The notes beneath the pieces are model-generated. The model worked only from the letters and a program-made list of their open reading frames with translations, was not told where the DNA came from and made no database searches. Below, piece after piece: positions 10,332 to 21,100 of a DNA stretch of 64,000 nt. Every line of letters starts with the position of its first letter. The first letter of the stretch is position 1. A program made the translations under genes and the position numbers. The DNA comes from a virus (Duplodnaviria; Caudoviricetes), in the IMG/VR virus record IMGVR_UViG_3300044695_005677, positions 1,847 to 65,846 of that record. The stretch is one strand, 5' to 3'.

Positions 10332-10720
10332 TTGACCGTTTTCTTATGCTTTGTGACGACACCCCAAACTTAGTTTTGGCGAGTATGGTGTCCGCAGCGG
10401 TATCCACCTGCACGCTCATCGGTAGCGGCTTGATGGCAATGTTGGGGCAAGTCCCAACGCCAACAGAAGCTGGCATGTGGCCTTTTTATGGGGTGCTGAT
10501 CGTAGCCGTAATCACTCTGTTTTGCTCCCTAGCATACGTGATTAGGTGGATGATGACCACTGGAGTTACCGCGATTGCCTCAGTAAAAGAAGCGGTTGCA
10601 GTTTTAAGCACCAGCAACGATAGTGTCAAAGAAGCCTTGGAGAAACAATCCGCTTTCTTCGACTCCATTGGAAAAGATGCCATCAGGCAATCCCTAACCC
10701 AGCACAACTCGAAACCATGA
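10328..10720 (+). CDS. Membrane protein, holin-like
   Basis: Two hydrophobic segments, upstream of the endolysin. Confidence 0.5.
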   Translation: MIDRFLMLCDDTPNLVLASMVSAAVSTCTLIGSGLMAMLGQVPTPTEAGMWPFYGVLIVAVITLFCSLAYVIRWMMTTGVTAIASVKEAVAVLSTSNDSVKEALEKQSAFFDSIGKDAIRQSLTQHNSKP

Positions 10721-10932
10721 AAAAGAAACTCCTACTCTGGCTCTCACTCATCACCAAAGCCGCCTCCGTAGCGACAGGTGTTGCCTCGCTACCAATCGTC
10801 GCGATGCTGCCTGCCCAGTATGCTGGCTATGCTGCGCTCGCCTTTGCTGGTGCCTCCCTCGCAAAAGACACCGCGAACCGGATTGCCGACCTCGCTGACG
10901 ACGGGATTGCAAACAACAGCTATAAAGGTTGA
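10717..10932 (+). CDS. Small membrane protein, holin-like
   Basis: 71 aa with two hydrophobic stretches. Confidence 0.5.
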   Translation: MKKKLLLWLSLITKAASVATGVASLPIVAMLPAQYAGYAALAFAGASLAKDTANRIADLADDGIANNSYKG

Positions 10933-11030
10933 TGCTCCGTTGCCTCCAGATTGCGCTCATGGGACTAGGGGCAATTCTCCTTAGCCTTATTGGCTACATC
11001 ATCTACCTCTATCTGCGCTTCGGGTTATGA
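10932..11030 (+). CDS. 32-aa single-TM peptide (not in ORF track)
   Basis: TGATG overlap; MLRCLQIALMGLGAILLSLIGYIIYLYLRFGL. Confidence 0.45.
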   Translation: MLRCLQIALMGLGAILLSLIGYIIYLYLRFGL

Positions 11031-11112
11031 GCTTTGTGGTTGATGCTTTAGGTTGGGGATCATTGGCAGTTGCCGTTGTGATCTTCGCGATACTGTCAAT
11101 CCCCCGAAATAT

Positions 11113-12087
11113 ATGACCAAGACCCAGATTGCTAGAGACTTCATTTCGCGCTTTCCCGACGCTGAAAACAGGACTATCGCAAGGGCGATGAATAGAGAAA
11201 TGCCCAAGGTTTTCACAACTGTTGATAGAGCTAGAGAAATTGTCCGAATTCTGCGAGGCGCATCAAAAGGGCACTATTCATCGGATAAAACCGCAATTCG
11301 ACCCCTCGGTTGGCAGAAGAACCTTATCCCAAAGACTCAGGCTACAAAACGCGATCCTATTGTGTTAAGCGGAGCCTTGAGAACCTTGATTCTTTCGGAC
11401 ATCCACATCCCTTACCACGACGAGACTGCCCTATCAGCAGCTATTGCTTACGGAAAGAAAAAGAAGCCGGATGTGATTATTTTGAACGGCGATATTGGCG
11501 ACTTCTATGGAGTCAGCAGGCACGACAAAGACCCAAGGCGATCACTCGCAGATGAACTCGATGCCATCCGCCAGTTCCTCTTCTTCCTCCGCCAGCAGTT
11601 TCCCAAGGCCCGAATCCTCTATAAAATTGGGAACCACGAAGCACGCATGGAAATGTTCCTCGTCAAGAACGCCCCCGTCCTTCTTGGTGTGAGTGATTTT
11701 GAACTCCCTGTTCTTCTCAAGTTTGACGAGCTTGGCATCGAATTGGTGCCATCGCTGACCCTGATTCGTCTAGGGGATTTGCCTATCTATCACGGGCATG
11801 AACTGCCTCAAGGTATGTCCTCCCCCGTGAACCCCGCCAGAGGTATTTGGATGCGCGTTCAAGAGTCCCTCATCTGTGGGCATTGGCACCGCACCTCTGA
11901 GCACACCGAAAGCACTGGACTGAACAAGAAACTTTCGTCATGCTGGTCAACAGGTTGTCTCTGTGATTTGAGTCCCGACTATGCCATCGTAAACCGCTGG
12001 AACCACGGATTTGTTATGGTTGACACACAGGCAGACGGCAACTACGAAGTCACGAATCACAAAATCATCAATGGTCGAGTTTATTGA
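11113..12087 (+). CDS. Calcineurin-like metallophosphoesterase
   Basis: Motifs DIH, GDIGD, GNHE, HGH and GHWH; probable start MTKTQ at 11113. Confidence 0.9.
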   Translation: MTKTQIARDFISRFPDAENRTIARAMNREMPKVFTTVDRAREIVRILRGASKGHYSSDKTAIRPLGWQKNLIPKTQATKRDPIVLSGALRTLILSDIHIPYHDETALSAAIAYGKKKKPDVIILNGDIGDFYGVSRHDKDPRRSLADELDAIRQFLFFLRQQFPKARILYKIGNHEARMEMFLVKNAPVLLGVSDFELPVLLKFDELGIELVPSLTLIRLGDLPIYHGHELPQGMSSPVNPARGIWMRVQESLICGHWHRTSEHTESTGLNKKLSSCWSTGCLCDLSPDYAIVNRWNHGFVMVDTQADGNYEVTNHKIINGRVY

Positions 12088-12088
12088 T

Positions 12089-12697
12089 ATGTCGCCACTA
12101 GAATTTACAAAGACAGTTCAGACACGTTTGGGGGTGGATGCGGACGGTCAGCCGGGGACACAGACCTTGGCTGCGCTCGACAAAGCCCTGCCTTTGAAAA
12201 CCAATTCTGAGCCTCCGACTGTTCTCCTGACGGGGGAAAAGGTCGATGAGCGCAGCGAGAAAGTCATCGCGACTCTCCACCCTAACCTACGGGAAAAAGC
12301 CCGTGAGCTAGTGCGTAAAGCAGCCACAAGCGGCATCACCATCAAACTGATCTCCGGTCTTCGCACCTACGACGAGCAAAACTCGTTGTATGCCCAAGGG
12401 CGCTCTTCTTCTGGCAAGGTCGTGACCAACGCTCGAGGGGGTTACTCCAACCACAACTTTGGCGTCGCCTTTGACGTGGGGGTGTTTGTGCATGGGGCTT
12501 ATATTGATGAGTCCCCCGCTTATAAGACCGTTGGGCAACTTGGCAAGAACCTCGGTTTTGAATGGGGCGGCGACTGGTCAAGTATTCAAGATCAACCCCA
12601 CTTCCAGCTTCGCCCAGCGTGGGCTAGAGGGATGAAGGAGAGCGAAATGCTCGCAGAAATGCGTGCGCGTAAGGCTTCGGGTAAGGATGTCTTCTAA
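12089..12697 (+). CDS. Endolysin, M15 family L-Ala-D-Glu peptidase with N-terminal peptidoglycan-binding segment
   Basis: Q.RLGV.ADG.PG..T; GLRT..EQ..LYAQGR; S.HNFGVAFD; EWGGDW...D.PHFQ. Confidence 0.9.
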   Translation: MSPLEFTKTVQTRLGVDADGQPGTQTLAALDKALPLKTNSEPPTVLLTGEKVDERSEKVIATLHPNLREKARELVRKAATSGITIKLISGLRTYDEQNSLYAQGRSSSGKVVTNARGGYSNHNFGVAFDVGVFVHGAYIDESPAYKTVGQLGKNLGFEWGGDWSSIQDQPHFQLRPAWARGMKESEMLAEMRARKASGKDVF

Positions 12698-12709
12698 TAT
12701 AAAACACAA

Positions 12710-13246
12710 ATGTCAAAACCAGTTCTTATTGCTTTTACGGGCCTTGCTCAAGCAGGCAAGACCACAGCAGCACAAGCCTTTTTGTCCCTAGGCTATGATC
12801 GAATGTCGTTTGCCGACCCGATCAAGGCAATGGTTCGATGTTTGACCCCGGTGGCGGATAAAGAAGCTCGCCCTGATGAGCTTTGTGGAAAAACTCTCCG
12901 AGAAGTTTATCAGTCCCTCGGGACCGATTGGGGGCGTAACATGGTTGGCGGCGACATTTGGATTCGCGCAGGGCGTTTTCGGATCGAGACTTTACTCAGT
13001 GATGTCTTGAGCGGAGTCATCCGTGGGGTCGTGATTGACGACATCCGCTTTGACAATGAAGCCGAGCTAATCCGTAACATGGGAGGCACGGTAGTTGAGA
13101 TTACCCGCCCAAACTCAGTCCAGATGGATCACGCATCCGAGGCTGGAGTATCCCGTCACCTGATTGACCACACGTTCTCCAACCACACGGACATCGACAG
13201 CTTGAAGTGCCAAGTCTTGGGAAAGCTCTACTACGGTGCGCCTTGA
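12710..13246 (+). CDS. Deoxynucleoside monophosphate kinase
   Basis: GLAQAGKTT P-loop, SFADPIK, R...Q.LGTDWGR, DDIRF.NE, H.SE. Confidence 0.9.
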   Translation: MSKPVLIAFTGLAQAGKTTAAQAFLSLGYDRMSFADPIKAMVRCLTPVADKEARPDELCGKTLREVYQSLGTDWGRNMVGGDIWIRAGRFRIETLLSDVLSGVIRGVVIDDIRFDNEAELIRNMGGTVVEITRPNSVQMDHASEAGVSRHLIDHTFSNHTDIDSLKCQVLGKLYYGAP

Positions 13247-13280
13247 TTGTTAGTTGAAAAAAGAGTAGGCTATTCTCAAC

Positions 13281-16200
13281 ATGGCTACTGCAAACTCTGC
13301 CCCTAATCTGCTGCCTTCGCAGAGAAGTCCTTTTACGCCTCTATCGACAGATGTGTTCGTAGTGGAGAACTTCAATGTTGTCCAGTCGCCCAATGATTCG
13401 ATTCCAGCTTATGGGACTCCACATGACACTCTTTCCAAGCTCAAGTCTTGGCCGAACCATAAGTTCTGTCTCCAGACTCAGCCGGACGAAAAAGGGAACT
13501 ATCAGAGATGGTATGTAGCTGATCAGGCGACACAGAACCTTTACAACTGGGAGATTAGCGATTCTGGGCCTTGGCCTGCAATCAACCAGACGTTCATCAT
13601 CCCTCGCGCTGATTATCGTGCGCTCCCAGCCAACCCTTCCACGACCTATCCCGCACCGCCGAATCCGCCGTTAAATACAACGGATTACGAGATTACCGCG
13701 ACCCAAGAACAGCGCATTGGGGAACCCAAACTCGACAGTCTTTATGTGTCCGTTCAGGTAACACGGGAAAAGGTCAGCACTATCAATACGGCGTATGCTG
13801 TCGATTTGGATACCAACACGGTTCAGGCAACCCAGACCCAAAAGGTAGCCGCAGGCACACAAGCTTCTGGAGTGGCAGCAGATGGGACTTATAGCAATGT
13901 CGCGGTTCAGAACTCGCTGTGGTCGGTAAAGACGACCCAGAAGGCAGCAGGATTGGCTGGGAAGTCGGTTAACGGGGTATCCACCCGTATTCTCTACTAC
14001 CGAGACAACTACACTTGGCCGAGAGTCCTGAACTACATCAATATTCAGGCAATCCAGAGCGATCCACGGAACATCTATTCCCCGATTTCTTCTTTCTCTT
14101 GGTCACCAGTCTGGCTCGCAGACGCTTTTGACGGGCCTTGCGACTACACTCTTGTAGAGCGGTGGACACTGGCAAAACCCGTATTTGGTGGCGACCCAAA
14201 CTGGAACACAGGTACTGTCTGGGCAGCGTCTACCGCGTATGCCGTGGATGCCTACGTCACCCGTGTTGTAGGGGACTCGCCAACCTATTACCGATGCATC
14301 ACCGCACACACCTCTGGTGGCTCGTTTAACGCCTCCTATTGGACGCAAGTTTCCCCACTGATCCCGCAGGAAACTCCCATGCTCAAGACGGAGATCGTGT
14401 TCAACGGAGCTAACTTACGTATTAGTATTCCTGCATGCTTGCATGAGCGATACAATCTCTGGGATACGCAGTTCTCACAGACATACCCAGCGACCAATCC
14501 TACCCGCTGGCCCGCAACGGTGCTTTCCCGTGTCACGGTAGTTCCCGACCAAGGCGGCTATCTGACTCGGATGTTCTACGTCAAGTCTCCGAGCACCGCT
14601 GGGAACCCGACAGACATTTCGTTGAGCTTGACGGCTGAAGCTGCGACAGGGTTCACGCTCTCAGGAGTGGTAGCAGCCACGGTTCCGACAGGGACGATGT
14701 ATCTATCTATCGCGACTGATCCAAATTTTGGTGGCGGGTTCTTGGGGACGTACAGTTCTCTGGCAATCGGGAGCCACACTCAAAGCCTAGTCGCCAATGC
14801 GCCCCCAACTTCGACCACAACTGCCGTTACTGGAGCCACTCGCGGCGTAACCTATTACGCGAAGCTGGTTTGTGTGCCAACTAACCCTGCACTGCCATCC
14901 GTCACAAGCAATCTCTGCATCGCGTTCACTGATCCGCAGCCTGAACTCTTAGTGTCTACGACTGGAGGTGATAACCTTGTCAGCGGTGCTCCCGTATCTA
15001 GTGCCAGCACAGCCAACGCTGTTTCGGTTGGGGGCCAGTCTACTTTAGACCTACGGTTGACCAATATTGGACTTGAGTCCTTATCTGGGTTTTCCACGAC
15101 TAAGACTTCAGGCGTGGCGGAGGATGCCGCCATGTTCACGGTGCAGCAATTCCCTGCTTCCATCGCCCCTTCTAATTCGGCAGAATGGAGCATCTACTTC
15201 AAGCCAACATCCCCCGGCTACAAGAGTGCCACTATCACGATCACAAGCAACGCTTCCACAACCTACGACCTGAACGTGGCGGGAACGGGAGTTGCTGCTG
15301 ACATCCAAGTGGAGCAGCCAGAGAACACGATTCTGGTAAATGGGGCGAACACCATCAACTTTGGTACGGTCACGACTGGAACGGCGGATAAGACCTTCTG
15401 GATTCGCAATGTCGGCAACGACTCGGTGCCTCTCAGGGACTTGGCTGTGTCTGTCAGTGGAACCAATGCCTCCGACTACACCCCTTCCGCGCTCTCTGTC
15501 ACTGAACTGGACAGCGGCACTTACACGATGTTCACGGTGACATTCGATCCTGTGTCTGAGGAAACAGCCTCAAGCACCCGCACGGCTACTCTTTCCATTG
15601 CGAGCACAGACACGGATGAGAACCCGTTCACGGTCAACCTGACAGGCGTTTCACAGAATCCGACAGCGCCGGGCGCAGTCGATCTGACTTGGGATGGAAA
15701 CGCGAATGGCACAGTTTACGGGATTGCCCACCAAGCCGATGGGCAAGCTATACTTGTGGGGGTATTCACTCAAATTGGAGCCACTGCACGTAACCGTATT
15801 GCGCGAGTGGATGCTTCTACAGGAGCCGTTGACGCAACTTTCAACCCAAATGCAGACGCTGCCGTAAACTGCGCATTGGTGCAGCCAGACGGCAAAATTG
15901 TTGTTGGGGGGGGTTTTGCCAATATAGTCGCTACTGCCAGAAACTACATCGCACGTCTCAACTCAGACGGCACCATTGATGCAGGCTTTGACCCTGACGC
16001 AGATGGGGCTGTTCGTTGCATGGCACTACAAGCTGATGGCAGTATCATCGTAGGGGGCGACTTCGCCAATATCGGTGGAGGGGCAAAAGCATGGCTAGCA
16101 CGCATCGACTCTTCGGGCGTTCTCGACGCTTCGTTCACAAGCGAGATTGATACTGTGACATCTCCGGGTCAAGTCTACGGGGTGACACTGCTTGAGGATG

Positions 16201-16556
16201 GACGGGTGGCAGTAGTTGGAAATTGGTCAGACACAGGGAACACGACCACTACGACAACCACGACCTCAACGACAGTTCCTCCTACAACGGCTCCTCCGAC
16301 GACAGTTCCTCCGACGACAGTTCCTCCTACAACGGCTCCTCCTACAACGGCTCCTCCGACGACTGCTCCTCCGACGACTGCTCCTCCTACAACGGCTCCT
16401 CCTACAACGGCTCCTCCTACAACGGCTCCTCCGACGACTGCTCCTCCGACGACTGCTCCTCCGACGACTGCTCCTCCGACGACTGCTCCTCCGACGACTG
16501 CTCCTCCGACGACTGCTCCTCCGACGACTGCTCCTCCTACAACTCCTCCACCGTAA
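13281..16556 (+). CDS. Tail/receptor-binding protein: Ig-like (ASH/choice-of-anchor D) domains, 3.5 delta-60 repeats, mucin-like Pro/Thr tail
   Basis: TIRNVG-type Ig domains, Q.DG.I.VGG.F...IARLN.DG..D..F repeats and a terminal PPTTA array. Confidence 0.8.
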   Translation: MATANSAPNLLPSQRSPFTPLSTDVFVVENFNVVQSPNDSIPAYGTPHDTLSKLKSWPNHKFCLQTQPDEKGNYQRWYVADQATQNLYNWEISDSGPWPAINQTFIIPRADYRALPANPSTTYPAPPNPPLNTTDYEITATQEQRIGEPKLDSLYVSVQVTREKVSTINTAYAVDLDTNTVQATQTQKVAAGTQASGVAADGTYSNVAVQNSLWSVKTTQKAAGLAGKSVNGVSTRILYYRDNYTWPRVLNYINIQAIQSDPRNIYSPISSFSWSPVWLADAFDGPCDYTLVERWTLAKPVFGGDPNWNTGTVWAASTAYAVDAYVTRVVGDSPTYYRCITAHTSGGSFNASYWTQVSPLIPQETPMLKTEIVFNGANLRISIPACLHERYNLWDTQFSQTYPATNPTRWPATVLSRVTVVPDQGGYLTRMFYVKSPSTAGNPTDISLSLTAEAATGFTLSGVVAATVPTGTMYLSIATDPNFGGGFLGTYSSLAIGSHTQSLVANAPPTSTTTAVTGATRGVTYYAKLVCVPTNPALPSVTSNLCIAFTDPQPELLVSTTGGDNLVSGAPVSSASTANAVSVGGQSTLDLRLTNIGLESLSGFSTTKTSGVAEDAAMFTVQQFPASIAPSNSAEWSIYFKPTSPGYKSATITITSNASTTYDLNVAGTGVAADIQVEQPENTILVNGANTINFGTVTTGTADKTFWIRNVGNDSVPLRDLAVSVSGTNASDYTPSALSVTELDSGTYTMFTVTFDPVSEETASSTRTATLSIASTDTDENPFTVNLTGVSQNPTAPGAVDLTWDGNANGTVYGIAHQADGQAILVGVFTQIGATARNRIARVDASTGAVDATFNPNADAAVNCALVQPDGKIVVGGGFANIVATARNYIARLNSDGTIDAGFDPDADGAVRCMALQADGSIIVGGDFANIGGGAKAWLARIDSSGVLDASFTSEIDTVTSPGQVYGVTLLEDGRVAVVGNWSDTGNTTTTTTTTSTTVPPTTAPPTTVPPTTVPPTTAPPTTAPPTTAPPTTAPPTTAPPTTAPPTTAPPTTAPPTTAPPTTAPPTTAPPTTAPPTTAPPTTAPPTTPPP
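16242..16553 (+). repeat. 15-bp coding tandem repeat (about 18 x PPTT[AV])
   Basis: Units CCTCCGACGACTGCT and CCTCCTACAACGGCT. Confidence 0.95.
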
Positions 16557-17278
16557 TGAGTCTGCCTAAAGTTAGCTGTATCTGCCCTACTTTCGCACGA
16601 TACCATCTGCTGAATGAGTCGGTAGAAAGTTTTCTTCGGCAGGATTACTCAGGAGAGTTAGAACTCATAGTTCTGAATGATTTTGCCCCCCAAACACTAC
16701 ATTTCACCCACCCAAGAGTAAAAGTCGTAAATGTCGAAAGTCGTTTTCCAACACTAGGAGAAAAAAGGGATGCAGCCTACCGACTCGCCACAGGTGATGT
16801 GTTTATCACTTGGGGGGATGATGACATCCATCTTCCACACCGAGTCAGCCGAATGGTGTCGTTCTTGGGGGAAGACCCAATGGCTTTTGAAGGATGGTTT
16901 TATGTGATACACGAAAATGGTATTTACTTAGAAAGACGCTCCACAGCGGGAGCGCATGTAATTACCTCAGAGGCGTATGCAACTTTGGGAGGCATACCTG
17001 CGCTGGATAAAGGTGAAGACGTGGCATTCAACGATCTCGCTCAAAAACATTTCAGCAGCATACGTGTATGCAAAAATGCTCCAGCCTTTATCTACCGATG
17101 GCATGGGACAAATCGTTTGCACGTATCAGGAACGGGATCAAAAGACCCCTATAAAGCAGTTTATGATAGAGCGATTGAGCTTGTGTCAGCAGGTAAGGAG
17201 CCTCAAGGCAGTTTACAGATCAAACCAGAATGGGTAGATAATTACTCAGAGATAGTGAAAGGTGCAAAACTCCGATGA
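16556..17278 (+). CDS. Glycosyltransferase family 2 (GT-A)
   Basis: TAATG overlap at 16554-16558. VSCICPTFAR, S.LRQDY, ELIVLND, WGDDD, GED motifs. Confidence 0.9.
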   Translation: MSLPKVSCICPTFARYHLLNESVESFLRQDYSGELELIVLNDFAPQTLHFTHPRVKVVNVESRFPTLGEKRDAAYRLATGDVFITWGDDDIHLPHRVSRMVSFLGEDPMAFEGWFYVIHENGIYLERRSTAGAHVITSEAYATLGGIPALDKGEDVAFNDLAQKHFSSIRVCKNAPAFIYRWHGTNRLHVSGTGSKDPYKAVYDRAIELVSAGKEPQGSLQIKPEWVDNYSEIVKGAKLR

Positions 17279-18105
17279 AACTCACCATCTCAATGGCGTG
17301 CTACGATGACTACGACGGTGTGTTTTTCACCGTCCAGTCGCTTCGTATGCACCACAAACTCCCCGCCGATACGGAGTTCTTGGTGCTCGACAACAGCCCG
17401 AAAGGCGACCACTTGGAGGCGACGAAGCACTTCCTGACAGCAGTCCCAAACAGCCGATGGATTCACGTCGAGGATCGTCAAAGCAGCTTCGTCAAATACG
17501 ACGCTTTCAAGCACGCAACAGGCGATGTCGTCCTCGGGCTAGACTGCCATGTGCTGCTTGAGACAGGTTTCATCGACAGACTCTTGGAGTGGTGGGGAGC
17601 AAACCAAGGATCGAAGAACCAACTCACAGGCCCGCTCGTCTACAACTGCCTGAAGTCCCGCTCAACCCACATGGAGCCTGCTTGGCGTGGTCAAGATTTT
17701 GGCACTTGGGGAACAGATGCAGTTGGAGTCAAAGGCACTGAGCCTTTTGAAATTCCTATGCAGGGGATGGGCTGCTTCTCCTTCTGGCGAGAACATTTCC
17801 CCGCAAACCTACCTGATTTCCAAGGTTTCGGGGCCGAAGAGTGGTTCTTTGCCGAGAAGGTGAGGAAGCAAGGCGGAAAGGTTCTCTGCCACCCCGCAAT
17901 GGGTTGGATGCACCGATTCTGCTGGCCGAAACGCTCCTATCCAAGCTGCAATGACGCACGGGTGATGAACTACTACCGAGGCTGGCTTCACCTCTACAAG
18001 TATCTCGACCATCCGATGATCCGAGTGATGACCCAGCACTGGCTTACTGTCATGCCGCAGAGCAAACTAGACGAACTGATTCAAAAGGCTATATTACCCG
18101 CATGA
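17275..18105 (+). CDS. Glycosyltransferase family 2-like (GT-A)
   Basis: LTISMACYDD, FLVLDN, A.GDVVLGLDCH, GFGAEE motifs. Confidence 0.8.
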   Translation: MKLTISMACYDDYDGVFFTVQSLRMHHKLPADTEFLVLDNSPKGDHLEATKHFLTAVPNSRWIHVEDRQSSFVKYDAFKHATGDVVLGLDCHVLLETGFIDRLLEWWGANQGSKNQLTGPLVYNCLKSRSTHMEPAWRGQDFGTWGTDAVGVKGTEPFEIPMQGMGCFSFWREHFPANLPDFQGFGAEEWFFAEKVRKQGGKVLCHPAMGWMHRFCWPKRSYPSCNDARVMNYYRGWLHLYKYLDHPMIRVMTQHWLTVMPQSKLDELIQKAILPA

Positions 18106-21100
18106 TTCCTGACCGCATCGCCATTCTCAATTCTGACGGGACAACTGACACGTCTTTTGCCGTAGGGGCAGGCTTGGACAGTGTGGGCTACGCCGTTACA
18201 GCCTTGCCCTCAGGAGAGATTGTAGCCGGAGGACAGTTCAGCTTCATCAGCGGAGCGGTGAGATCAAAACTCGCAGTCCTCAACGCCGATGGTACGCTGG
18301 TGCCAGATGTGCCGACACCGTCAGCCGTCGTATACACTGCGAACCTTCAGACAGATGGTAGCGTTGTTTTCGGGGGCGACTTCACCACTGTTAGCGGGAC
18401 GACACGCAACCGACTCGCCCGACTTCTACCTGACCTGACACTGGAAGCAGCCTTCAACCCGAACGTCAATGGGGTTGTCCGAGCTTTGGCTTTGCAGCCT
18501 GATGGGAGGATTCTGGCAGGGGGTCAGTTCAGCACAGTTGGCAGCACCACACGCAACAATGTCGCACGACTCTACAACGGCACCGCAGCCAACAGCCTCT
18601 ACGCCGTTAATGCCGACCTCATCAAGTGGGACAGGACAGGCACCAGTGAGGAGACTCAACGAGTCGAGTTTGAGATCGACACGGGTTCGGGTTATGGCCC
18701 GTTAGCTGGGGTCATCTCCCGCACGTCATCAGGTTGGCAGATTATACCGACAGTCTCTCTGTCCGGCTCCACAAACGACCTGAGAGCAACAGCTTTCCCA
18801 TCAGACTCACACAGTGAAGGTATCCAGCAAGCTACAGCCTCCGCCCCCATCCTCCCAGAGATCGAAGTTGAGATTGACGGAGTGATCCTGACTTCAGGAG
18901 TTGGCACGATCTACTTCCCAAGCACTCAGGTAGGCTCAAACTCGTCTAAGACGGTAACTGTCAGGAACATTGGCCTTGCCAGCCTGACGCTTGACGCGAC
19001 CCCTGTGACCTTCTCTCCGACAGGGCAATATGATGTGGTAACACAACCTTCTTCCCCAGTTTTGTCGGGGCAGTCAGTGACATTCACCATTGATCTGACT
19101 CCAACGTCCGCAGGGACGAAGACAACCACGATGACGATTCATTCCGATGATGCCGATGAAGCCAGCTTCACTGTCGCTCTTTCAGGTGTCGCTACCCCCG
19201 GCCAAGGGTCACAGGATTCGTCGTGGCAACCCGGAGTCTCTTCATTCGTGTACGCCTTATCCCAGAGGACAACTGGAATTACAGGCATTGGCGGTAGCTT
19301 CACCTCCGTAGGAACACAGACCCGAAATCGCTATGCCTTCGTTGATTCGCTTGGAGCAGTTCAAGCACAGTCAGGAGCGGGGGTGAATAACAACGTGATG
19401 TGCATGGCGCAACTGCCTGATGGGAAGGCACTTATTGGTGGAGACTTCACAACGCAGTACATTCGCAGACTCAACGCAGACGGGTCGATTGATGGCACCT
19501 TTACGTTGACCACCAATGGTGCGGTTCGGTGCATGTCCTTGCAGGCTGACGGTTCTGTGCTGATCGGGGGAAACTTTAGCACCGTCACGCTAGGGGCAGT
19601 AAACGTGCGTCAGCGAATCGCTAAAATTGACTTCTCTTCAACAGGGGTTGCTTCGGTGAACGCTTTTTCCTGCCCGTGCAACGCCTCAGTAGTGTCCACT
19701 CTGCTAACCCAAACAGACGGCAAGATAATTGTGGTAGGGGACTTCACAGCTATCGCGGGATCAACGCAGTACTACGTAGCTCGGCTAAATGCAGATGGGT
19801 CTATTGACAGCGCTTTTGCAGCTAACATCACAGGTAAAGCGTGGGTGGCAGCTTTGGATGCTTCAGGAAGAGTACTGTTAGGCGGAGGCGTGTTATACAT
19901 CGCAGGAGCAGATAAGCGCGGAGTCGTACGCCTGACTTCAGCGGGTGCGCTTGATGGGACATTTACCCTTGTAGCTTCAAGTGCTGACACCCTCATCCCT
20001 CAGACAGACGGGACTTTGGTTATCGGCTCTACCACGGCGTACCCCGCAAGCACCTCGCGAGTCGAACGTGTGACTTCAGCGGGTGCAAACGACACCACGT
20101 TCATAGCAGCAGCAACTGGGAATGTGTTTGCGCTGTGCATTCAGGAAGACGGTTCCGCGTTAGTCGGAGGTGAGTTCCAGCTAGCTGGTGGGCCTGTGAC
20201 TTACGCAGCCAAGCTCATCAACGGCACAGGGGCTAGCACCCTGTCTGTCGTCAGCCAAACAGCCGTTCAGTGGCTCAGAGGTGGCACGCTTCCTGAGACT
20301 CAGGTTGTCGTGTTCGACCTTAGCCAAGATGGTGGAACGACATGGGCACGTCTCGGACAAGGCACACGTATTTCAGGCGGGTGGACTCTGACAGGCATCT
20401 CTCTCCCTACAGGGGGGTTGCTCAGAGCAAGAGCATACGTCCAATGCGGGTATATCGGCGGTTCAGTATCCATTCAGGAGGATCAACTCACCTTCTCAGG
20501 TGTGCTTGCCCCCGACCTGATGCTCCAAGTTGCCGACGGCTCCTCTATTCCCGCAGATGGACTAACAGGATATTTCCCTGTGTCAGACGATGGATCAACT
20601 CGATACTTTACCGCAATCGGTGGAGCTTTTATCGACATTCTTGTCAAGCTGACCAACGCAGGCACGGCAACGCTCTCAAGCATTGCAGCGACGCTCACAG
20701 GATGGTCAACTGAGTTCTCCATCGCAAGTTCCCCACCAACCAGTCTTTCAGCGGGAAACTCGGACACGATGGTTGTTCGTTTCTCTCCTGCCACTGGAGC
20801 AAAGGGCTATCGGAACCCGACTCTTAACATCGCGTCCAATAATCCCGGAACCAAAAGCACCTACACGATTCAGGTCAACACAGCAGCCGTAGCTGTGCCT
20901 GCTGCAACCACTGGGGTCGCAAGTGCAATCGGGGGAGGCTCCGCTACACTTGCGGGAACCTTTACGCCAAACCACATCGCGGCTACCTGCTATTTCCAAT
21001 ACAAGCTAGTGGCTTCCTCGACATGGCTCACATCCAGCACGAACACCGTAGCAGGATTTAGTCCGACCCCCTCAACCAAAGTTATCTCTGGGCTTACCGT

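Noticed and set aside
16223-16555. N-terminal YNGSS/DDCSS extension of the GT2 ORF, or a frameshift fusion with the fibre
   Set aside because: It is the alternative frame of the stop-free 15-bp repeat. The GT fold starts at the TAATG-coupled ATG at 16556, and no slippery site was seen.
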